From an uncultured Planctomycetia bacterium (GTDB taxonomy: Bacteria > Omnitrophota > Gorgyraeia > Duberdicusellales > Duberdicusellaceae): DNA of 64,000 bases. The translations under genes were made by a program, and so were the position numbers. The stretch lies in assembly GCA_964634935.1 (NCBI GenBank), contig CAZWJT010000006.1, forward strand, positions 10,189 through 74,188. Reading direction: 5' to 3'. This document shows positions 39,001 to 51,000 of this stretch, one piece after another (the first letter of the stretch is position 1; each line of letters starts with the position of its first letter). A model generated the notes under the pieces. The model did no database searches and was not told the DNA's origin. It saw nothing but the letters and a program-made list of their open reading frames with translations.

Positions 39001-42000
39001 ATGGCACCTCGCGAAGATTGGTTTTTATCTTTGCCGGAAAGCACAATCGCTCCTTACCGTGTGAGCGTATATAAGAAAATGTGTTTTTTACCAACGCTTG
39101 GCTGTTCAGTGCAGTGTGATCACTGTTATGTCTCCGCACCTTTCTGCGTGCATTCTTTGCCCTATCCGTGGATGAGCCAAGTTGTAAACACGCAGGCTTG
39201 CCGTGGTTTTATCTGGCAGTTAGGGGATTATTGGCGGGATTATTACGATTGGGTATTTATGAAATCTGCCCCGCATCTTGTTCGGGATATGTTTTCGTTA
39301 AAGTCTTCACTTCCGGTATTACGTCAAACAATGAGCAGTGGCGGCATCAGGCCAGGATCCGTGACCGCACATTATCTCGGAAATCAGAACGGATTTTTCG
39401 GCAAACACAGCCCATGGCATCAGTTCCAATTTAGCATTACTCCAAGCGTTGAAACAAGAATTTTGGGCAGACGCTACAATGAATTTTTACAGTATAATGC
39501 GGGAATTTTAAAATGGCTTGAATATCTTGGATGTACGGTATCATGCACGCATTACCGTATACAAAGAGATAGTGAGACATGGCCATTTGATGCCGATCTT
39601 ATACGGCAGATAACTGGTATTTTTTGTAAGGATCATAAGGTCGAAATGAGCGGACGTCTCAAACAACTGGAAAAGCGAGGGATTGGTTTTACGTGCAGAG
39701 GCAATACATTTATTGATCCTTTGGCACCCCATGATTATAAACTTACCGAAGATGTGCTTCTCGCCGATGGAAGCATGATTGATTCCAATTTTTTAGTCAA
39801 TGATGACGGTCAATCAAAATACAGATCGCTTGCTCGGGCAGCAGGCCTGAAATTATGCCGCGACTGTTCAATAACCTGCGCCAAGCGAGAAAGTTGTTTA
39901 CGGGAACAAGGGTTAACTGAGGATGGCGGTCTCCGCCAAGAATGCATTTTTAGTGGTTTTGTCCCTAGCATGGCCATTTTTGGGATTTTTCTTATCGGAT
40001 TTTTTATATTTTTTACCCCTTTGCGTAATAGAACACGAGTTTCTCGCCGGAACGTCGAGCCGTATGTGCGTTATTCACATATGACGCAGCAGAAATTTCG
40101 CGCTATGGTTTTACAGCTGAAAGATTGGCAGTTAAACCAGAGCGAACAAAAATCATTAGAGCGCTTTCTCAATATTTTCCCGCTGCTGGAATCAGTGAAC
40201 CGTGAAATGCGCATGAATACGCGATTTCCTCGTTTATGTCAATGGGCAAGTCAGAGGCTAGGCGAAGTATTGAAAGAGCATCAAATTCCTTTTAGGATCG
40301 TAATGAAACGAAACTTTATCCGCAAGCAAAGTTCGTTATTCCCGAGCGATGCAATAATTTATACAACCTGGATTGACGATGAAGAAGATACCCATATGCA
40401 TCAATATCCGATCATCGAAGTAGCTGGGATGGAATTCATTGTTGATATAACCGCTGATCAATTCGTATTCCAAGTTCATGAGCAATATGGAAAGTATAAA
40501 AATCTTGGGATATTTATTATTCCCGTTACTGCATTGCAAGAAAATTCTTGGCCGTATTCCGGAGGCGATGAATTCGCAGTGCGATTTTCTTCTTGCGCTT
40601 CCGTCGTTCTATCCATCCAGAGCATTAGTTTGGTTTTCTTGTTGTTCGGGGTATTGGTTTTGTGCGTAACGTATAAGGGCGTTGTGGCCAAGCTTTTTAA
40701 GCAGCACACGGAAAGCTATAGGGTGAGAATCGCAACTGAATTTTCTGATATCATACAGATAAGAAACGTGCGTTGGAATAAGTTCGGACCAAGAGGAAAA
40801 CAATATATTAATTCATGGCGCGATACACTTGATAGATATGATACCCAAGGATTAGCTTTGAACTTAGTGGTTGAAAGAAAAGGCCGCTTTCCTTTTCGGC
40901 CATGGACGTGTGTTGTAGCAACTGCCCGGCTTCTGTTTTACCGCGAAACTGATTTACTTCCAGCAGAGCAGACTTACCCTGCAGAATTTGCCCAACTCAA
41001 GACTAATTCGTCTGAGCATATTGCAGAAGTATCCCGATTGGCGAGCATCGCCGAGAAAGATACTCTTAAAGTTATCTTAGAGCTTTATCGATTTATATTC
41101 TATATTGCAAACGCCATCGGGATAAAAACATTAGTGATGGTGCATAATCCAGAGGATCAAGAATTCTATGCGGGTAATCTCTTTCCATTCCGTGTGATCG
41201 CTGATTGCAGTCAAGCGCGATACCTTGGTTTTTCTTCAGAACCACATCACGCAAATCGTGGCCTTCCGGCGCAGTTGTTGGCCCTTGATTTACATGGTGT
41301 TTATAAAGCTTCACAAGAAGTTGCCCATAAGAATGGGAGTAAAACCAGGAGTCAAAGAACACACGGATATTTTTACCATAAATGGAATTTTGCCATTGAG
41401 GATTGTCCAAAACTCGGCTGTCAGCTGGCAAGGGCAGTACGAGATGGAGTTATTCCTGAAAGCATCTGGAATGCGTATCGTTCGCAAGTCGTTCCGACTG
41501 ATACCTGGGCTCGGATGTTTACCTTGTCGATGCGCGGGAGTGCTGAAGCAGAACTAAAACGTATGTTGTTGGTGCATATACCGCGTGCGACAACGCCCAT
41601 GAATACAAAAGGAGTGGAAGATTATCTTACCGTGTGTGTTACTACAGGTCCACCTCTTTGGGTGTTGCTTGTGCTCTGTGCTATGGCCGCCGTATTCTTC
41701 CAAAATGTCTTTGCTGTTGACGATGGCTTTTCAGGAGCCGAGGAGTCCGATCAGCCTATCGATTCTCCCAAAAGGTCAGGGGCGAGCGCGTTTTTGTGGC
41801 TTCAGATCCGAGAGCCCACTGAGCTTTACCATACAACACACCAAGGTGTTTCTCATTTTCTCTATCGTGTAAGCTCAAGAGGAGCTATGCCTATGTCAGA
41901 AATTACTATTTCCAATGATTGGGCAGGAGGGTTGCGAGAGGGTAAAGAATCAATTTCTGCTCGTGCCGTTTCTTCCATAGCTGCGTATGATTTCTTTTTT

Positions 42001-45000
42001 CCGGATCCATTTTTTATACTTACCGTCGTAACTTTTTATCTTTTTATCCGGAAAATGAGCGGAGATAGAAAAGTAGAAGAAACCCCCTTTACCAGGTTAG
42101 AGGTTCTTGAAAATAAGCGCAATCCCCTTGGTTCGTTGGAGGAGAGATTAAAAGGTGGTAAAAAAACAATTACCGTTGAACTCTTGCCTTCCCGAAAAGG
42201 CAATATTTTAGATCAACAGCGTTTTCTCGAGCAAAAAGCGCTCTACAAGAGATTATATCTGGAAGGGATTATTGATGGGGTTACTATGGTTGATGCTCCT
42301 CGGCTTGGCATCATTGGAGAGAAAATTCTATTGTTCCTTGAGAAACTCTTGCCGGATCGGTTCAAGGCAATGAAAGCAATCAGCGCCCATATCGGTTGCT
42401 TTGAAGATCCGCTTACTGCTGGTTTTTGTGATATACCTGGTTATTTTGCCACGGTTGCTGCGCAACTGCGGAGTCGTAGGCAGATTGAGCGGCGCATAGA
42501 AAAATTTGTGCATCAGGGAGTGAAAGTTATTTTGTTTGTTTCGGGTAGCCATCCGTTACGTAGCATGCGTGGGTTACGGTGGTTCTTCGCCCGTCAGAAT
42601 GCGCTTACGATGCTTACTTTGGCGGCGCGCATGCAACAAGATGGGCGAATCTCCAATGACATACAATTCTGCGTGGCGGCTAATCCTCAGGGTGAACCGA
42701 CATCTGATGAAGCGATAGTGCATTGCTTAGAAAAATCAATCCGCGGGGCTTCTTTTGTATTTTTGCAGCCAAGATTTTTACGCAACAAAACAACGACAGC
42801 GGTAAAGATGATCTCGGAATCCGGATTAAAAATAGTGGAAGGAGTTTCTCTTATCAGCTCAGTCAGGAATCTTTTCTTTTGGTTCTGGCTAGTCAGGGTT
42901 CATCGAGAGCATCATGAGGCACGAACGCTTATTGATCAGTGGTTTGCCGCAGAACAACAGGGTGATTTAAGCGATTTTATCGTGAGCTGGAACCAAGAAC
43001 AGCTTCGCAATCTTTGGAGGACATCGAGTATCCATTATATGCCTATTGCCGCTTGGAGATATCTCGAACCTATTTTCCGGGCAGCGGGGATATCGAAAGA
43101 GGTCCGTTTGCAGGAAGATGCTTTGGGGCAGCATGCGCTCAGGGCAAGGGCGCTCTATCAAGCGGCTTCTTTGAATTTTTCAGTAAGGGAATATTTTTAC
43201 TCTATCGCCGATGTTCTCTGTGCGCTCGTTCAAAGGGCGGCTGAATTGGGGATTATCCAATTACGAGGTCCACCCGAAGATTTTCCTATAGCGATTTGTG
43301 ATTCCGACACCCGCCGCATAACATTTTCTATCAGTCCCGACGATATGTTGATAATTTTGTGGAAGTTGAAGACTGTTTCTCCTGAGGATATCTTAAATTT
43401 TATCTGGGAACACGAAAGACTTCATGAGAAACATCCTTCTTTTAGTGAACAGAATGTTCTGCAGATTCAAGCCGGGCATATTCTTTCAAATCGGTATGCG
43501 TTTTCCGGAAGCGCAAGCGGAACAAAAAAATATGCTGTTTTTTCAGTAAGTGATCCGAGTTTAGTCCAGGGGGCTTCTTTTGTTATGACTTCTTGGGTTG
43601 TTATTTATATTCTAGGCTTGTTCTTTTTGGTTGGATATTGTATGGTGCTTAGTCCCGGGGTTGCCTGTCCGCCCAGGAGTAAACTCGCCGATAGAATTAT
43701 TGCCTGGGAGAATCTCGACGCCTACCAAGATCTTCTCAAAAAATTAATTGAACAACATCGCGGCCGGATTATGTTTTTGATTCATCCAGGTGGAGGAAAC
43801 GTCGGAAGGATGGAAGACGGGCGGTACGAAGCGTATTATCCAATGGCTGATGTTTACATGGAAAATATGCGAATTTTGCTGGAACAAGAAGATGGGGTTG
43901 TTTGCGTTTTAGGGGGTGATTTTAGTACCTTCAATGGCGTTTATACAAAAGCGGTCATCGTTTATATTCCTTCAGACCAGCTGAGCCCGGTTCCTATTTT
44001 GGATCGAGTTCATGATGCGCAAATTTCCTGGGAATCTTGGGATCGTGTCATTGAAGTTCTTCAGGAATTTGGTGTTACGAGGTTGTCACCATTTGGCGGT
44101 GAGCGCGCTTCATTCGATGCGGATGGGAAAGTGTGCGTTACATTCGATCAAGCAAAGGTTGTTGGGTGTGTTGGTAGAGCTTTACATGTTCTTCAGGCCC
44201 ATTTTTCCATTACCGTGTTTCCACAACTGTGCTGTGATTACTCAGCGAATACGCATCTTTCCGGAAGGCGTTCACTAGATAAGGGAGCCTACAAGGTATT
44301 ATCAAACGGTACAAGCATTCGTCAGGATTTACCGGTAGGTTCGCCGTTCCTTTCTACATCCATTCCGGAATTACAAGATCGAATTATATCCAAAGCGCAA
44401 GCAGGTGACTATTCAGTTTTACGATTACACTGGAATTTACGTTTTATGCACTATCAGGAGTTCATCAAGCATGTTTTAGCCGTAAATCTTGCTGTACAAA
44501 AATTATCTCAGGACGCTGTTTACTGTGCTGGACATCCGGGTTTTGTGCGCCAAGCAATTCGAACTCGGATCGAAATGATCGATAACCGGATCATTCCCAT
44601 AGAACATGGTGGATATTTAGCATCGCTGACTCAAGAAGGAGAGGCAGTCGTCTCCAAAGCCTGGGACAGTATATATGACGAAGTCAAGCTTGTTGAGCAA
44701 GGCAGAAAAATTTTGGATATTCTCATCGATCCGAAAATGTCTTGGTTTATTCCGATCGATTCCAACGATCGGTTTGTCAATATTGATTGTACCGAGATAT
44801 CTGATTTGTCTGCCACGCTTGGATGTTCTACCCAGTGCGATCATTGCTATATCAACGCGCCATTCTGTGTTTTTTCTATGCCGTGGCCGTGGATCATGCA
44901 AGCAAAGGAAATTTTTCCTTCCATTCTCCCTTCTTGGATGATTGGTGACTATTTGCGGGATTATTTCGACTGGGTATTCTTCAAATCTTCAATTGACATT

Positions 45001-48000
45001 ATCGATCTCTTCTTTGGTTGCGATGAAGATAAGTCGGAGTTGATCGTTACTTCAGGAATAAGACCAAATTCAGTTGCAGCGTATATGCTGCGCAATTATC
45101 TTGATCGGCATGGAATGCCGTTATTGTATAAAGATATACGTTTGAGTATCGCGCCAAGCATAGAATCAAGGCTGTTGAACAGAATATCCGGAGCCAAAAG
45201 AGATTCGGCGCCCGAAATTGTGTGGCAGTTTATGGAAACTTTGGCACCGCCATCCCTGATATATCAGTATCCGATTCATCGCTATGGCGATGTTCCGTGT
45301 TATCTTGATTCCATAAAGTCGACAAAAAACCCGCCACAAATCATCAGCTTTGCTGTTGAGCCGCTAGGAAGATATGTCCAGCTGAAAAAAGCCGGGGTTT
45401 CTTTCCAGGGGGTAGTCGATACCTATAATGAGGGTTGGACGGGATCCGAACGAAAATATCTGTTTGCGGATGGCTCACTTATTTTTGGTTGGCAGGAGTC
45501 AGCGCGTTCTCAACGGCAACCAGCGCATAACATGGTAATTCCGCCTCTTGCCCGCACCGTTCAAGGTAAAGACTTATGCCGTGTCTGTCGAGTTCATTGC
45601 AGGAATCGCCAAGAGTATCTTCACGATTTAGGATTATCAAAATTTGGCGGAGCTGAACCAAGCCAACAAAACTCCTCTAAAACTTCCGCGGTTTCGTCAA
45701 TATCGCCGACATTGGTGCTTACGGTAATTTTTATCGTATTTTTGTTTTCCGCTGTATTTTCGCTGAGCCCGGCTTCTCGAAAACCGCAATTCGTGTGGAG
45801 CAGAGAAGGAAAAAGTCTCGGTTATGCTCCGCTTGATCTAAAAATTCCGCTTATCGTTTCTCGCTTGCTGCAAAATCATCAGCTTAGCCGTACACCACTT
45901 GTGTCCATGCGCCGGCTGAGCAACTTTACCGGCAAGCGGGTTTTTCTCAAAGATGAATCTTGTCAGATTTCCCATTCATTCAAAATGCGCGGTGTTCTGG
46001 CAGAAGTGGAAGAGGCAGTCAGCGAATATATTGCGATGATCAAGAAATCTTATTTTCCGAGCGCAATGCCTTTTTATGTTGTCACTCAGACTGTGGGTAA
46101 CCACGGCATCGCGATGATTGAAGCAACCCGTTTTTGTATCGAGAAATACAGAAATATTTTTCCCCAATACCAACGATGGATTAACGGTATTGAGCCGGTT
46201 GTTTTTACCACAATATTACTTCCGGCAGTAAAACGGGCGGGTCTGCATGACGCGTTGTCTTTATACCGGATGACTGTCGGCAATAATGAGCAAGGGGCTA
46301 TATACGATAGATTCGGAACCTATGCGCAAGCACGCATGGGACGGGAAGCGTTCATCGCTTTACATCCCGCGAATGCTGTTTACATGGAGCACGGAGGTTT
46401 GACGATTATGGCCGGGCATGCTTCTGCCGGGATAGAAATTGCCGAACAGCTTCAAGAGCGAGGTATCAACAAGGCAAGAAAGGTTGCTTTACTTATTCCC
46501 GTAGGAGCCGGCGGGCCGTTGGGTATTGCCGCGGGATTAAAAATGGAGATGCCGCATGCGGCTTCGGTTATGGTGCAAACGGACCGGTATTCGGCGTTCG
46601 TCCGCAGTCTTATTGCCGGATCACTTATGAATAATGATTTTACACAAATAGAACCGCTTGTTATCAAAGGGAAAGAATTCGTTTTTGAGGACGGCATTGC
46701 CGTGGATGCTCCGGAAAAGGAAGCGATACATATCGCTCAATCCGTTCTTGATGCCGCAGTTACGGTAGATTCTTTGAGTGCTTTGAATCGCGGCGCCATA
46801 ATTACCTATGCTGACCTCGCGGATTTCTACGCTGATCGCGCCGTAGTCGTGGGAGGGACTACCGCCGTAGCTGCCGAGGCGCTTTTGGAACATTCCACTC
46901 ATCTCGAGTCGCTCCGCCAGGCGGATGTGATCGTGCTTTTCGGCACCGAAGGCAATGTTGATCCTTGTATCACGCAATATATCAAACAACGAGCGCAAGA
47001 TAATAAATCAACAAGCTTATTATGCTCGCCAGCATGGTTGGGATTTTCCCTGATCGGATTGATACTGATCGGGATAGCTATGCTGCAATATTCCGCGCAG
47101 CTGCCATTGGAGGCGCATTTTGATAAAGATAGTTTAAGTCAAAAACGAGATATGTTTACCAATTTTCGGATAAGCTGTTCTGCGGATAGGCAAAGACACG
47201 ATTTAAGAGTCGGTGATATTATGCGGCGAGAACTTCCGTCAGCTTATTTTGCCTTCAGATGCATGTTGGCAGTGCGGTTTATCCTTGACGAATATGCTCC
47301 AGATAAACCGGTTATTGTATGGCAGAACGAGCGCCTGGGGACACTTTATCCATATATCAATGACACGCTTAAAAAAATGTTCGGGATCGTTGGGATTACA
47401 AGGGCTGACCTTATTGCTCCAGAGGCGATCAGTTCCGGGATAAGACAGGCGCGTTTTGTTTTGGTGCGCGAGAAAATTTCTTCGGAGAGACCCGAGCATT
47501 CCTGGTGCCTGGATGCGGTCAGGAAATTATCTATAGAATTAGCTGCACCGATCGTGTTTATCGATCACAGCGAACATCATTTCTCTGCGGCGCAATTATA
47601 TATTCAGAGCGTTGAAAATAGCAAAAAAAGGCAAACCATCGAAGTTGATTGCCGGGGGAAAGCGCAGGCGTATATTCCAGAAGGCGCTTTAGCGCAAAGA
47701 CCTTTCTTTATTCTTGTGAATGCCAATGTATATCCGGGGACGCGGTCGCTGTTTGATGATAATGAGTATTTTCTTGAACCATCTAAGTCGTGCGTCGTAG
47801 ATTTGCAAGATGAGCAAATAAACTTCTATTTAGCCTTTAGGCGTTTCTTTGCGCAAGAGATTGTCATGAAAAAGAGATATGATGAATCACGTTCTTTCTC
47901 CATAAGTCCGGCTTTGGCTCTGAGCGATGTCTTCCCCGATATGAGGGGTAAGGGTAGCCGCGACAGCAGTGATCATAGTATTAATTTATCATTAAATCTG

Positions 48001-51000
48001 CCGCTAGCTGATTTAAACATTTATGCCCCGCTATTATTATTGCTTTTCCTGATCGCAACCGGACCGGTATGCGCATTGAACCTACGCAGATTGTTCGGAG
48101 GTAAAGGGAAGGATGTTAACCCGGCTAGGGATCCCGGACAAGGAAGATCAGCTTCACAGCAAATACAATCTACGCAGGAGGTTTTGGCAACAGAATTGAT
48201 AGAGCAGGCAGATCAGCTTTCTCGCCGCCTGGAAACTCTGCAGTCAAAAGATACCGCAGAGCGCCTGAAAAGGATTATTATGGCGGTTGCGGCTCCGGAA
48301 CTAACACATCTTCAGGAAGGATTGATTCCTGTTGGGTTAAAAGATTATGTTGTGGAATTCCTGGCAATGGCAGAAGAGGTTTGGGCGGCAAGGATAGAAG
48401 GTATTTTAACTAAGGTCGATCAGGCTAAAAGAGAAAGATATGATGCCGCAATCGGAGCATTAAAGAAATGGCATCGTCGATTCGCGGAAACCAGGACAAA
48501 AACAGAAAAAACAGCCGCCCGTGTTCAAGAAGAAAAACCTAAGCCGCCCACCGAGATAAAAGAGGCTACGGCCGAAGAGTTGGCAGACATACAAACGATG
48601 CTGGGGATGTTGGATCATTCAAGGGTTGTTTCTTTTGCAACCGTTGTTGGAGAATTTGTTGAAGCAATAGAGAAGCTTGAGCCTGTTCTGTATGCAGAAC
48701 GAGTCAGTAAGCTTGTTTTTGCCTGCGCATATAATGACGGATATTTTCTGGATGAAAAGAGCCATACTTTCGGGGTCGATACGGATACCGCAAGAAAATT
48801 TCTCGTATTGCCCCGGGAAGTTTGGCATAAAACACTCAAAGGTATTTTTGAAGGCAAGGACGAGTTAAAACAACGCTACGAAAAATCCGCCCGGGTATTG
48901 AACCAGCTTTATTTGAAGATGGGCGCACCTTTGGCAAAACCGAGTGGTAGCAGTCAATTGAGCACGGATTCCTGCATTGGGATTGCGCAGTTTTTGGTTT
49001 CTGCTCAGCCGCATGCCCCTCCCGGATTTTCGATAACCGGTATTGTCATTCTCGTTTTAATAGCACTAGATTTGTACACAAAAGCGTTCGTAAGAAAGAG
49101 ATTCCCCGCGCATTTAGACCAAGAAGATCCCTACCATATTGGGCTTAAAGCTCCTAGAGGCGTATCAGTTACCCGCGCATTTCACCATGCCGGTCGCAGT
49201 GTTGGGTTTCCTTTAATAGGACTTGGTATTGTCAGTTGTTATTTGGTCATGAATCCCGCATTGACTACGCTCATGCGCATAGGTTTTGTTTTTCTCGCAG
49301 GAGGATTCCTTGCTCACGGCATCGAAGCATTCATGCGCGCCGGAGGCACGGATTGGATCGCCATACGCACAAGATTAAATGCCCGGATTATGAATATCGC
49401 CGATGTTTACCAGAGATTAGGGGGACTGCTTCTTATACTCGACGTTTTTCCGCGCTTTTTATTCGTGGTTCTGGTTTTTATTCTGATAAGCAGCGTAAAG
49501 TCGCGCCTGGAATTCGCAAAAATCATGTCGCAGACATGCCTCGCTAAATATTTGCGGCAACACGGTAAAGATCGTCTGGCGCAGAAGTTATCCAATGAAA
49601 CAGATATAAGGAACATAAGGGTATTTCCGCGGATAAGCGATAAGCCAGCCTGGAATATTCTTGCTGCGAACGCGTTATTGGGTAACCAAGCGCAAAGTAT
49701 CATGCTTGCAGAGCCGGTACAGGTGCAAGTTGAGGGCAGGCGGCATCTTTTGTATCACGTAAGCGCTGCCGGCAACGTTGCCATGTCTAGCATTACTGAT
49801 CCTTTTGCCTGGGTTGGGGGTGAGGTGGTTTTGTCTGAAGAAATAGAAGCAGTGCTTTCTGCCATTGATGAATTGCGTAGCAATGAAGCTATGGTTGGAG
49901 GTATTTCGATAAAGCAGATTGCAGAAAAAATTAATTGTACAGATATTGCCAGATTGGAAGAACTGCTGCATTTATTAATCGAAAGGAAGCATTTACAATC
50001 ATTTTTTGTTTCGCGCAAAAAGAGCTTAGAAGATCAAGCAAAGGCTAAAGAATTAACCAAACAACGCGCAACACACCAGATAGATACTGATACCTATACC
50101 AGAGAAATGCGTATTTTAGAAGAAAGAGCAAGAGAAGAACGGTTTCTATTTAGTCCGGCTGAATTGGAAAGAAGGCAATTTTCATCACGAAGAGCACAAG
50201 CAGTCATTTCGGATGAGGATGAGCTGTATAGATTGGCAGGTGCGATAACTTGGTTTTTTGGCGACAGCCTCAATGGAACCATTCAAGGAGCTTTGCATAC
50301 AGCAATGTACCAGTTGGAAAATTACTTCAGTGACGAAGGCGGTAAGGCGGTAAAAGGCCTAAATGAGAAGATCCATTCCATCCGCCGCGACAATGATTTA
50401 TATCTAAGGGTAAGTGATGCTAGGATGTCAGGTACTCTGAATGCTTTAAGTAAGGAAGATATAGACCGATTTATTATGCAAATGGCTGGACAGTTCAAAG
50501 AAGTGATAGCTTTGTTGGAAAAAGCCAGAGAGAATATAGTTTTTGATCGACAGATAGTTGCTGCAGAAGATATTCAATCCGTAGATTTGTTTTACAGGCA
50601 ACTCGAAATAAGTCTTACTCATTTTCTGTTTGTCTATGATGTATACCGCGCTGTAGCTGAGGAGATTAATAAAAATAAAGAGGATGGTCCAAACACTTCA
50701 AGTTTAGCTCTGGTTTCTCCTGGTGTAGCCACTGCCGTTATTTTAAGTGCCGGATTAATAGTATTGGCTTTTATTCTTGTAATTGAATTTCAGAGACTGA
50801 ATAAGCTTAAGAAGTTGTACAAATATTTATATGATAAAGGATTTATTGGGGAGAAAAGGTTAGAGGAGTTGCTTTGTATTGTTAAAGAACCGGATCAGGA
50901 AAGTATCGCGTTACTTTTTAATCGCCAGGAATTCGATTTATCAGAGGATTGTAAAGCATTTATAAAACTGTGGGAACGCGTAATAGGGCAACTGAAAGAG

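Noticed and set aside
39500-39930. Cys-rich stretch 'LGCTVSCTHYRI...CRGNTF...CRDCSITCAKRESC' as an independent zinc-finger/ferredoxin gene
   Set aside because: It is in frame and continuous with module R1. The equivalent cluster recurs at the same offset in R2 and R3, so I interpret it as the auxiliary cluster of the module.
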